Positions 7,454 to 14,950 of a DNA stretch of 26,958 nt are shown one piece after another. The position numbers and the translations under genes were made by a program. The stretch spans positions 1-26,958 of the forward strand of contig JAWLGW010000001.1 in assembly GCA_041690735.1 (NCBI GenBank). Direction: 5' to 3'. Under the pieces are notes generated by a model that saw only the letters and a program-made list of their open reading frames with translations, did not search any database and was not told the origin of the DNA. Each line of letters starts with the position of its first letter. Positions within the stretch are counted from its first letter, which is position 1. This DNA comes from Planctomycetota bacterium. GTDB taxonomy: Bacteria > Planctomycetota > J058.

Positions 7454-9388
7454 CTACCAGCCCTCGTCGAACGAGCCCATCTCGTCCTCGCTGAGGCCGC
7501 CCACGCCCTTGTCGCCGTCGGCGGGGGCGGCGTCGGGGTCGAGGCTCTCCATGTCGGCCGGGGGCTTCTCGGCGGACAGGATCACCTGCACCACCTCGAG
7601 CTCCTTGACCTGGCCCTTGATCTCGTCGAGGACGCGCCGCTCGAGGTCGAGCTCACGCTCCACGCCGCGGACCACCAGGACGCCGCCGTGGACGGGCTCG
7701 AGGTCCTTGACCTCGGGGTCGAGCTTCACCTTGTAGCGGACCGGCTCCTTGCCGTCCTTCCAGGTGTCGCGGCTGATCACCCACAGCTCCACCTTGGAGA
7801 GGTCGATCTTGCCGTCTCGGTCGCGGACCTCCTTGAAGGGGTCCTTCTCGCTGGCGCCCGCGGCCTGGTAGCCGGACATGCCGTCGTCCTGGAACCCGTA
7901 GGGGTCCTCCTCGCCGTAGGGCTGCCCCTCCTGCTCCTGCTTGCGCCACTCGGCGATCACGGTCTCGACGCGGATGATCTGGTCGACGAGCTCGGCGGCG
8001 GCGTCAGCGTCCTTGCCCGACTTGCCGCCCTTGGCGCCCGAGCCCTTGTTGGGCTTCTTGCCCCACTCGTCGTCGCCCCAGCCGTCGTCGGCCCAGTCGT
8101 CGCCCCAGTCGCCGTTGTCGGTGGCGTCGTCCCAGCCGTCGTCGGCCCACTCGTCCTCCCAGGTCTCGCTGGGGTTCGCCTCGGCCTTGCGGTTGCCGGC
8201 CAGGTCCTCGAACTCGAGCTTGGGGACCACCACCACGCGGCCGATGAACGTCGAGAGGGGCTTGCCGTCGGCCGCCAGGGCGCCGCCCTTGACGGTGGCG
8301 CCGCCGCCGGCCGCCGCGGCGCCCGGACCCGCCGCCAGGCCGTTCTCCTCACCGGAGGTCCCGCCCACGCCGGGGATCGAGTCCTCGCCGTCCTCGCCCT
8401 CCTCGCCCTCGGCGTTCGCCATGGCGCCGCCGGGCATACCGGGCATGCCGCCGGAGCCGGCGCCCATGCCGCCGCCGAAGCTCGGGCCGCCGCCGCCGCC
8501 GCCGCCGGCCAGGAGCGGGTCGTCCTTGTCCGGGTTCGGCAGGGGGATGTCGACCCGTCCGTCGCCGTCGCGGTCGAAGCCGTAGTTCCCGTCGCTGTCG
8601 GTGATCAGGTTGCCCAGCCCGCCGCCGTTGCCCGAGGCGAAGTCGTCGCCGTAGGCGTAGGGGTTGGTCGGGTTGTAGCTGCCCGTGCTGCCGTCGCCGT
8701 TGATGGGGATGTCGACGTAGCCGTCGCCGTCACGGTCGTAGCCGTAGGTGCCGGTGGGGTCGGTGATCACGGTGCCGAGGCCGTTGCCGGTGTCGTTCCG
8801 GTTCTCGTCGAGCCGGTCGTACTCGTCCTGCAGGCGGGTCAACTCGTCGATCAGCGCCTGGTTCTCGGCGTCGCTCCCCTTGTCGGGGTTGAACAGGTTG
8901 TCCACGAACTTGCTGCCCGCCTGGTTGAGCATGTTCTTGCCCACGTCGAGCAGGGCGTCGCCCACCTTGTCCCAGAACCCCGGCGGCTTGGCGGCCTCGG
9001 CCTCGGCCTTCTCGCGCTCGATCTGGGCGGCGAGGCGCTCGTTCTCGAGGCGCTGGCGCTCGAGGTCGTGCTCCCGGCTCGCGTCGTCGTGCTCCATCAT
9101 CTGGGCGACGCGGTCGACGTGCTGCGCGGCGCCCTTGGTGCGGGTCTGGTCCCCCGCGTGCCGGTTCTCCTGCTCGTAGATGTTCCGCAGCGCCTGCTCG
9201 CGCTGCTGCGGTGTGCTGTCGGGGTCGTCGGCGACGCTGCGCCAATACTCGACCATCTCCTCGTTGCTCTCGGCGATGCGGTCGCTCGGGGACTCGCTGC
9301 CGCTGTCCTGGGCGCGAGCCGGCAAGACCGGCGCCCCCAACGCCAGCCCGAACGCCATCAGCAGGGCCACGCTTCTCGTCTTCACCAT
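7454..9388 (-). CDS. Secreted acidic Gly-rich repeat protein (644 aa) with DxDGDG Ca-binding-like repeats and a Trp/Asp tract
   Basis: Signal peptide MVKTRSVALLMAFGLALGAPVLPARA, SD GAGGGAG, strong GC3 bias, internal repeats read directly. Confidence 0.85.
   Translation of the reverse strand: MVKTRSVALLMAFGLALGAPVLPARAQDSGSESPSDRIAESNEEMVEYWRSVADDPDSTPQQREQALRNIYEQENRHAGDQTRTKGAAQHVDRVAQMMEHDDASREHDLERQRLENERLAAQIEREKAEAEAAKPPGFWDKVGDALLDVGKNMLNQAGSKFVDNLFNPDKGSDAENQALIDELTRLQDEYDRLDENRNDTGNGLGTVITDPTGTYGYDRDGDGYVDIPINGDGSTGSYNPTNPYAYGDDFASGNGGGLGNLITDSDGNYGFDRDGDGRVDIPLPNPDKDDPLLAGGGGGGGPSFGGGMGAGSGGMPGMPGGAMANAEGEEGEDGEDSIPGVGGTSGEENGLAAGPGAAAAGGGATVKGGALAADGKPLSTFIGRVVVVPKLEFEDLAGNRKAEANPSETWEDEWADDGWDDATDNGDWGDDWADDGWGDDEWGKKPNKGSGAKGGKSGKDADAAAELVDQIIRVETVIAEWRKQEQEGQPYGEEDPYGFQDDGMSGYQAAGASEKDPFKEVRDRDGKIDLSKVELWVISRDTWKDGKEPVRYKVKLDPEVKDLEPVHGGVLVVRGVERELDLERRVLDEIKGQVKELEVVQVILSAEKPPADMESLDPDAAPADGDKGVGGLSEDEMGSFDEGW
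8060..8161 (-). repeat. Trp/Asp/Gly-rich coding repeat (WEDEWADDGWDD...DWGDDWADDGWGDDEWG)
   Basis: 34-aa tract containing WADDGW twice and seven Trp. Confidence 0.85.
8543..8776 (-). repeat. Two 24-aa repeats containing DRDGDG
   Basis: GTVITDPTGTYGYDRDGDGYVDIP (8705-8776) and GNLITDSDGNYGFDRDGDGRVDIP (8543-8614). Confidence 0.9.
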
Positions 9389-9507
9389 CGCTCCCTCGCT
9401 ATGCCTGGAGGCAGAGTGCCTCGCGCCTCCGACCGACGCAATCGCCTGACCGAGGTCTGAACCGACCTAACTTCTTCTTCACGAACACCGGGTGTCGGCC
9501 AACCGGT

Positions 9508-9553
9508 TTGCGACGAAACGCAACGGCGCCGGCACTGAAACGCAACCGGCGCC
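9508..9553. promoter_or_regulatory. Direct repeat pair plus overlapping palindrome between arcC stop and secreted-protein promoter
   Basis: gaaacgcaacggcgcc (9515-9530) and gaaacgcaaccggcgcc (9537-9553), 22 bp apart; TTGCG-N6-CGCAA at 9508-9523. Function is inferred. Confidence 0.45.
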
Positions 9554-9554
9554 A

Positions 9555-10493
9555 TCAAGCGACCACCCGCGTCCCGGCCTCATCCCGCAGCGCGGCCGTG
9601 AGGTGCTCGGGGCTGGTGATCACCGCCTGGCGCGCGTGGCCGCCGCCCGCGCGGATGAAGTTCACCGCGCCCTGGACCTTGGGCCCCATGGAGCCCGGCG
9701 GAAACTCGTTCGCCGCCAGGTAGCGCTCCGCCTCCGCGACGGGGAGGCGATCGAGGGGGCGCTCGTCGGGGCCGCCGAAGTCGAGGAACACCCGGTCCAC
9801 GCCGGTCGAGAACACCAGGACGTCCGCCTCGAGCTCGTGGGCCAGCAGAGCGGAGGCCCGGTCCTTGTCGATCACGGCCTGCACGCCCTGCAGCCCCTCG
9901 GGCGTCTCGACCACCGGGATCCCGCCGCCGCCGCAGGCGACCGCCACCGCGCCCGCGCTCAGCACCCCGCGCACGGCCCACGACTCCACCACCCGAAGGG
10001 GCTGCGGCGAGGGCACCACCCGCCGCCAGCCGCGCTTCTTCTCGAACACCATCTGCCAGCCCTGCGCCATGCGGGCCCGCGCCTCCTCCTCCTCGTAGGC
10101 GCGCCCGATCGGCTTGCTGGGCTCGGCGAAGGCGGGGTCGTCCGCCGCCACCACCACCTGGGTGACCAGCGACACCACCCGGTCGGCCACCCCCCGCCGG
10201 CGCAGGGCGTTGCCCAGCGCCTGCTGGATCTGGTAGCCGATCGCCCCCTGGGTGTCGGCGTCGATCGAGTCGAGGGGCACCTCGTGCAGCACCGAGGCCG
10301 ACAGCTCGCTCCGCAGGAGCATGAAGCCCACCTGCGGGCCGTTGCCGTGGGTCACCACCAGCTCGTGGCCGTCGGCCACCACCGCGGCCAGGTGCTCGGC
10401 CGTCCTGGCGATCGCCTGGTACTGGTCCGCGACCGAGGTCCGGGCCGGGTCCTCGATCATGGAGTTGCCGCCGATGGCCACGAGGACGCGCAC
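9555..10493 (-). CDS. arcC: Carbamate kinase (312 aa)
   Basis: VAIGGN, THGNGPQVG, GGGGIPV, VIDKDRAS and GSMGPKV motifs; start placed at GTG 10493 (VRVLVAIGGN) rather than 10556. Confidence 0.95.
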   Translation of the reverse strand: MRVLVAIGGNSMIEDPARTSVADQYQAIARTAEHLAAVVADGHELVVTHGNGPQVGFMLLRSELSASVLHEVPLDSIDADTQGAIGYQIQQALGNALRRRGVADRVVSLVTQVVVAADDPAFAEPSKPIGRAYEEEEARARMAQGWQMVFEKKRGWRRVVPSPQPLRVVESWAVRGVLSAGAVAVACGGGGIPVVETPEGLQGVQAVIDKDRASALLAHELEADVLVFSTGVDRVFLDFGGPDERPLDRLPVAEAERYLAANEFPPGSMGPKVQGAVNFIRAGGGHARQAVITSPEHLTAALRDEAGTRVVA

Positions 10494-10526
10494 GAACCCT
10501 CGATCTCGGTGTGGGAGAGCACGCAG

Positions 10527-10556
10527 AGCATACGCCCCGCCGCGATCCCATGGCAA
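10527..10556 (-). promoter_or_regulatory. Sigma70-type promoter for arcC: TTGCCA-N18-TATGCT
   Basis: Minus strand ttgcca (10556-10551), 18-nt spacer, tatgct (10532-10527), 33 nt upstream of GTG 10493. Confidence 0.65.
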
Positions 10557-10639
10557 GAACCGGGGTGGGGCCGGCTCGGCGTGCAGGCGTCCGTGCCCTC
10601 CGTTACAACGGCACCAGCCCCCTACCCCAAGGAGTCGTC

Positions 10640-11722
10640 GTGAGCTCGCCCACCCCCCCCACCATGGAGAAGGCTCCCCAGCCGCAGGGCACCAAGGTCC
10701 AGGTCGTCCCTCGGCCGGAGCGGATCCCCGAGGCGCTGCGGGCGATCGCCAAGGTCGAGCTGCACCAGCACGTCGACGGCTCGATCCCGGTCGAGGTGAC
10801 CTGGGGGCTCATGCGGCAGCACGGGCTGGCGCCCGTCGAGACCCAGGAGGAGATGGCGAAGCTCCTGGTGCTGCAGCCCGAGGAGGAGGGCGCGGGCCTG
10901 CTGAAGTACCTCGACAAGTTCCACTACCCGCTGTGGGTGACGCAGTTCTACGAGAACGTGGCCGAGGTCGGCTACTCGATCGCCAAGGCGGCCTACGCGC
11001 AGGGGGTGCGGCTGCTGGAGATCCGCTACTCGCCGATCATCCACGTGTACGCGGGGCTCACCCCCCGCCAGGCGATCGTGTCCCTCCTCGAGGGGCTCAA
11101 CCGCGCCGAGGCCGAGCTCGAGGGGCTGACCTGCGGCGTGATCATCATCGCCATGCGACACATGGGGCCGCACATCGCCAAGATCGTGGCCCGCCAGGCG
11201 ATCGCCGAGGGGCAGCACCTGCACGACCGGGTGGGCGTGGTCGGGTTCGACATCGCGGGGGCCGAGCGGGGCAACCCGCCGCACCTGTTCCGCGAGGCGT
11301 TCGAGATCGCGCGCAAGGGCGGGCTGGGCCTGACCGCCCACGCCGGCGAGGACGAGGGGCCCAAGGCGGTGTGGCAGGCCGTCGACGAGCTGGGGGTGAA
11401 CCGGATCGGCCACGGCTGCTCGGCGATCCGCGACAAGGAGCTGCTGCGCCGCCTGGCGCGGGACCAGATCCTGGTCGAGTGCTGCCAGACCTCCAACTAC
11501 CAGACCGGCGCCGTCGAGCCGGGGGGCGCGCACCCGATCTACGCCTTCCTGGAGCACGGGGTGCCGGTCGCGATCTGCACCGACAACACCACCGTCTCCA
11601 ACACCTCGCAGCTGAACGAGAACGCCCTGCTCCACCCGCGCATGTCGGTGGACGAGATCGCCGGGGTCCACGACCGCGCCCGGGCGCACAGCTTCATTCC
11701 CGCCGAGCGACGGCGCCTGTAG
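10640..11722 (+). CDS. add: Adenosine/adenine deaminase family amidohydrolase (360 aa)
   Basis: ELHQHVDGS (HxHxDG), LLEIRYSP, GFDIAGAE, TAHAGE, RIGHG, ICTDN; SD AAGGAG before GTG 10640. Exact substrate cannot be determined from sequence. Confidence 0.88.
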   Translation: MSSPTPPTMEKAPQPQGTKVQVVPRPERIPEALRAIAKVELHQHVDGSIPVEVTWGLMRQHGLAPVETQEEMAKLLVLQPEEEGAGLLKYLDKFHYPLWVTQFYENVAEVGYSIAKAAYAQGVRLLEIRYSPIIHVYAGLTPRQAIVSLLEGLNRAEAELEGLTCGVIIIAMRHMGPHIAKIVARQAIAEGQHLHDRVGVVGFDIAGAERGNPPHLFREAFEIARKGGLGLTAHAGEDEGPKAVWQAVDELGVNRIGHGCSAIRDKELLRRLARDQILVECCQTSNYQTGAVEPGGAHPIYAFLEHGVPVAICTDNTTVSNTSQLNENALLHPRMSVDEIAGVHDRARAHSFIPAERRRL

Positions 11723-11826
11723 CCCGGCCTTGCCGGCCGAGGCGAAGCGCTGCGCCGAGCCCACGGAGCTCGGCCCGGCCCTGTAGGGGAATCCCTGACC
11801 GGCTGCGGACCGCACGCGCCTTGCCC

Positions 11827-11832
11827 TACAAT
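11827..11832 (+). promoter_or_regulatory. Putative -10 hexamer TACAAT
   Basis: Intergenic, about 50 nt upstream of ATG 11886; weak -35. Confidence 0.4.
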
Positions 11833-11885
11833 GTGAAGCGGGGTCCACCTGACCGCGTCCCGCGCAGGTGGAGAGGTCGGTCCGA

Positions 11886-12998
11886 ATGTTGGCGTCGCTG
11901 CGCTCGCTCCTGGTGCTGAGTGCGCCGCTCGTCCTGAGCGGCTGCCTGGTCACGCAGCCGCCCGGCCTCGACGACGCCGTGATCCAGGACCTCGAGTCGG
12001 TGTGGAGCGCCGACCGCGCGGCGCGCGTGATCTGCTACGAGGTCGAGCGGTCCGCGGCAGAGCGGCTGCTCCCCGACGTGGCCGCTGTGCGCTCGGACGT
12101 GCACGAACAGCTGGGGCTGAGCCCGCCGCGCACGGAGGTGCTGCTCTATCCCCTCCGCGGGCCTCAGGGTCGGGAGGGCGAGGTCGTGCGGGAGACTCGC
12201 TGCGACCTGACCCATGGCCCCGAGGGCTGGCGGCTGCGCTTCCGGTACCCCTGGTCCGAGGAGCCGGCTCATCGTCCCACGCTCCTCGGGACCACCGCCC
12301 ACGAGGTGGCCGAGGCCACGGTCCTGCTGCAGGTGACGGTGCTCGACCCCTACCTGCGCTGGATGCACGACGGGATCGCCGAGTTGATCGAGCACCAGGT
12401 CCTGCGCCGGACCGAGCCCTCGGCGGCCCGCCTCGACCTGCAGCGCATGGTCGCGTTCCTCGAGGAGCGGCTGGCCGACGGGGTCGAGTGGGCCGACCTG
12501 ACCCGCTGGCGTCAGCTGGCCTCGTGGGTGGTGCGCTCCCACCGCTTCATGGGGCCCGGCGCCGCCAACCTGTCGCTGGACCACCTCGACAGGTCGGTGG
12601 CGCGGGTGCGAGAGGCGCTGGCGCAGGCGCCCCAGCCGGTCGTGCAGACCGGGCTCGAGGAGCTGGAGGCGATGCTCCTGCGCGCCCAGGCCATGGAGCG
12701 CCGCCCCTGGGCCGACGGCGAGGCGCGCCCCGACGACCCCGCCACCCGCGACTACGTGTTCTACACCCTCGCCTTCGCCTTCTGGCTGGAGGTCGAGCGG
12801 GAGCAGCCGGAGACGGTCCGCCGGTACGTGCAGGCGCTGGGAGGCCACCGGGAGAGCGGGGACCACGTCCTGTCCGCCCACGAGGCGCTCCACCTGCTGC
12901 GCCGAGCGGCCGGCGACGATCTGCCCCCGCTGACCCGTTTCCCCGTGCGCCTGGCCCTGGAGACCCTGCGGGCGGAGCTGCAGGCGCTGGGGTCGTGA
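11886..12998 (+). CDS. Lipoprotein with gluzincin/peptidase MA-like motif variant (HExxE-x18-D)
   Basis: SD GGAGAGG, lipobox LSG-C20, TTAHEVAE...WMHDGIAE, and a later FYTLAFAFW helix. Confidence 0.72.
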   Translation: MLASLRSLLVLSAPLVLSGCLVTQPPGLDDAVIQDLESVWSADRAARVICYEVERSAAERLLPDVAAVRSDVHEQLGLSPPRTEVLLYPLRGPQGREGEVVRETRCDLTHGPEGWRLRFRYPWSEEPAHRPTLLGTTAHEVAEATVLLQVTVLDPYLRWMHDGIAELIEHQVLRRTEPSAARLDLQRMVAFLEERLADGVEWADLTRWRQLASWVVRSHRFMGPGAANLSLDHLDRSVARVREALAQAPQPVVQTGLEELEAMLLRAQAMERRPWADGEARPDDPATRDYVFYTLAFAFWLEVEREQPETVRRYVQALGGHRESGDHVLSAHEALHLLRRAAGDDLPPLTRFPVRLALETLRAELQALGS

Positions 12999-13140
12999 GC
13001 CCCTGCCCCAGCCCGACGCGCGGCGCGAGCAGCTGCCGCTGAGCGAGGGCTCCGGCTCCCGACGGGCCAGGGCACGAGCACGGGCACGGGCAGGCAAGGG
13101 AAAGCGATGATCGCGTGCCTTCCGGACTCCACCCTCGTCT

Positions 13141-13149
13141 TGCTATCCT
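13141..13149 (+). promoter_or_regulatory. Putative extended -10 promoter (TG-C-TATCCT)
   Basis: TGnTAnnnT 60 nt upstream of ATG 13209. Confidence 0.45.
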
Positions 13150-13208
13150 CCTCGCCTTCGAACGCGCGTCCGCGCGCGATCCGATCCGTCGACACGGGGT
13201 GCTGCGCG

Positions 13209-13910
13209 ATGTCGATCAAGTTCGCCTGCAGCTGCGGCAAGGCCTACAAGGTCCCCGAGAAGTTCTCGGGCAAGCGGGTCAAGTGCAAGCAGTGCGGGGA
13301 GCCGATCCGGGTGCCCTCGCAGTCGCAGGCGGACGTGGCCTCCACCCGCGCCTCCGCGGTGTCGAAGCGCTCGGTGCTCGAGTCGCAGAAGCTGCAGGCC
13401 CGCTCGTCCCGGCGGGAGGCTGCCAAGCGCAGCGGCCGGACGTCCGCCCGGACCTCGGCCCGGACCTCGGCCACCTCGGCCCGGACCTCGGCCCGGACCT
13501 CGGCCGCCTCGGCCCGCTCCTCCGCGCCCGGCAGCAAGACCGAGCGGTTCACGCCGATCGACCTCAACGAGGGCAACCAGCTCAAGAAGTATCAGGCCAA
13601 GAAGGAGGAGGAGTTCAAGCGGGGCGAGGGCCGCTTGACCCTCTATCAGGACGGCAAGCCCTCCAAGGCGTATCGCCTCAGCAAGAGCGAGGCGAGCATC
13701 GGGCGCGGCGACGACTGCGGGATCAAGCTCGACCTCCCCAGCGTGTCGCGGGACCACGCCCGCATCGAGTACAAGCTGGGGACGTTCATCATCACCGACC
13801 AGCAGAGCAAGAACGGCCTGGTGGTGAACGGCCGCGCCGTCCGCCGCAGCTCCTTGCGCAACGGCGACATCCTCCAGATCGGCGAGGGGATCCTGCGGAT
13901 CGACTGTTGA
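13209..13910 (+). CDS. Zn-ribbon plus FHA domain protein (233 aa)
   Basis: N-terminal IKFACSCGK...VKCKQCG Zn ribbon; C-terminal FHA motifs IGR, SVSRDHARI, DQQSKNGLVVNG, LRNGDILQIG. Confidence 0.9.
   Translation: MSIKFACSCGKAYKVPEKFSGKRVKCKQCGEPIRVPSQSQADVASTRASAVSKRSVLESQKLQARSSRREAAKRSGRTSARTSARTSATSARTSARTSAASARSSAPGSKTERFTPIDLNEGNQLKKYQAKKEEEFKRGEGRLTLYQDGKPSKAYRLSKSEASIGRGDDCGIKLDLPSVSRDHARIEYKLGTFIITDQQSKNGLVVNGRAVRRSSLRNGDILQIGEGILRIDC
13437..13526 (+). repeat. 12-nt tandem coding repeat RTSA (five full units plus partials)
   Basis: cggacctcggcc units; protein reads RTSARTSARTSATSARTSARTSAASARSSA. Confidence 0.9.
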
Positions 13911-14095
13911 CGTCGACGTCAGCTTTCGGACGAGGCGACGGGAATCCCACGCTCAACTTCTAGAGACCCCATCAAGATATTTCTCGGGCCTTCCTAGTCG
14001 ATCGGGCCTTCTCGCAGCAGCTAACCCCTTCCTGAACAACGCCGAACGTTTGGCCCTTCGCTTGCAAGAGCGCCGCGCCGCTTCACGGGGGTTCC

Positions 14096-14404
14096 ATGAT
14101 TCAGCGTGCGACCGACAACCGGTACCTCGAGATCGGCGACAAGCTCCTCCGTCGCCGCAAGTTCTCCACGGCTGTCGCGGTCTACTCCCGCTTCGCCGAC
14201 AAGACGGTGGGGGAGACCTGCATGACCCTGGCCCGCGAGTGCGTGACGCGCGACCCGCTCATGGCGCTGCGGGCCCTCGCCAAGGCCGAGCGGCTGATCG
14301 GCCCCAGCGAGGAGGGCCGCCTGCTCTCGGCGGAGGCGTACCAGCGCCTCGGCCAGGAGTCGATCGCCGAGTCGTTCCGGCGCGCCTCCGCTCCCGCGAG
14401 CTAG
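14096..14404 (+). CDS. Small alpha-helical (TPR-like) hypothetical protein
   Basis: Good GC3 bias and helical-hairpin pattern (ALRALAKAE...LLSAEAYQRLGQ); the TPR call is tentative. Confidence 0.65.
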   Translation: MIQRATDNRYLEIGDKLLRRRKFSTAVAVYSRFADKTVGETCMTLARECVTRDPLMALRALAKAERLIGPSEEGRLLSAEAYQRLGQESIAESFRRASAPAS

Positions 14405-14431
14405 CCGTCCCGCCCGTCAAGTCGCCCGTCG

Positions 14432-14437
14432 TATACT
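14432..14437 (+). promoter_or_regulatory. Putative -10 hexamer TATACT
   Basis: Intergenic, upstream of SD AAAGGAG and ATG 14480. Confidence 0.45.
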
Positions 14438-14479
14438 CCTCGCTCGGTCGCCACGACTCGAGCGAAAGGAGCGGCGGTG

Positions 14480-14812
14480 ATGACCCCCTGGGCCTTCTCG
14501 AAGTACCTGATCCAGTCCTCGCCGCCCGACATGGCGGAGGCGCGCGAGCGGTGGACCTTCGGGCTGTACGAGATCCTCGACCAGCGCAGCAGCCCGATCG
14601 ATCCCCGGGTGATCCACTGCACCTATCGCGGCGTGGTCGAGCTCGACCCCGACGAGGTGCCCGACCCCGCCGACGTCGCCTTCGCGCCCAAGCTCGAGGA
14701 GGCGGTGATCGCCAAGTGGAAGCGGCTCCAGGAGGGGATCCTGCGCCCGATCCGCCGCGCGCCCGAGGGCGACGAGGAGCCGAGCAAGAAGAAGAAGAAG
14801 GCCAAGGACTGA
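14480..14812 (+). CDS. Hypothetical protein (110 aa) with poly-Lys tail
   Basis: SD AAAGGAG 8 nt before ATG, strong GC3 bias. Confidence 0.75.
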   Translation: MTPWAFSKYLIQSSPPDMAEARERWTFGLYEILDQRSSPIDPRVIHCTYRGVVELDPDEVPDPADVAFAPKLEEAVIAKWKRLQEGILRPIRRAPEGDEEPSKKKKKAKD

Positions 14813-14950
14813 CGCCCCGGGCTTGAAGATCCTGTAAACGGCTCCCCGCGGGCCTTCGTCGCGCGGCTCGATTCGCGGTAGAACCTCGCCTCGTCGCGGG
14901 GGGAACCTGGAGCGGACGCGGCCAAGCCGCGCTGCGCCCACGGAGGAGCG

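Noticed and set aside
7688-9460. 590-aa plus-strand ORF
   Set aside because: Antisense shadow of the secreted protein gene.
10494-10639. Longer starts given by the track for arcC (10556) and add (10511)
   Set aside because: They would overlap each other and the arcC promoter; motif position and SD support 10493 and 10640.
13107-13208. N-terminal extension of the FHA gene
   Set aside because: Contains the putative promoter; the Zn-ribbon begins right after ATG 13209.
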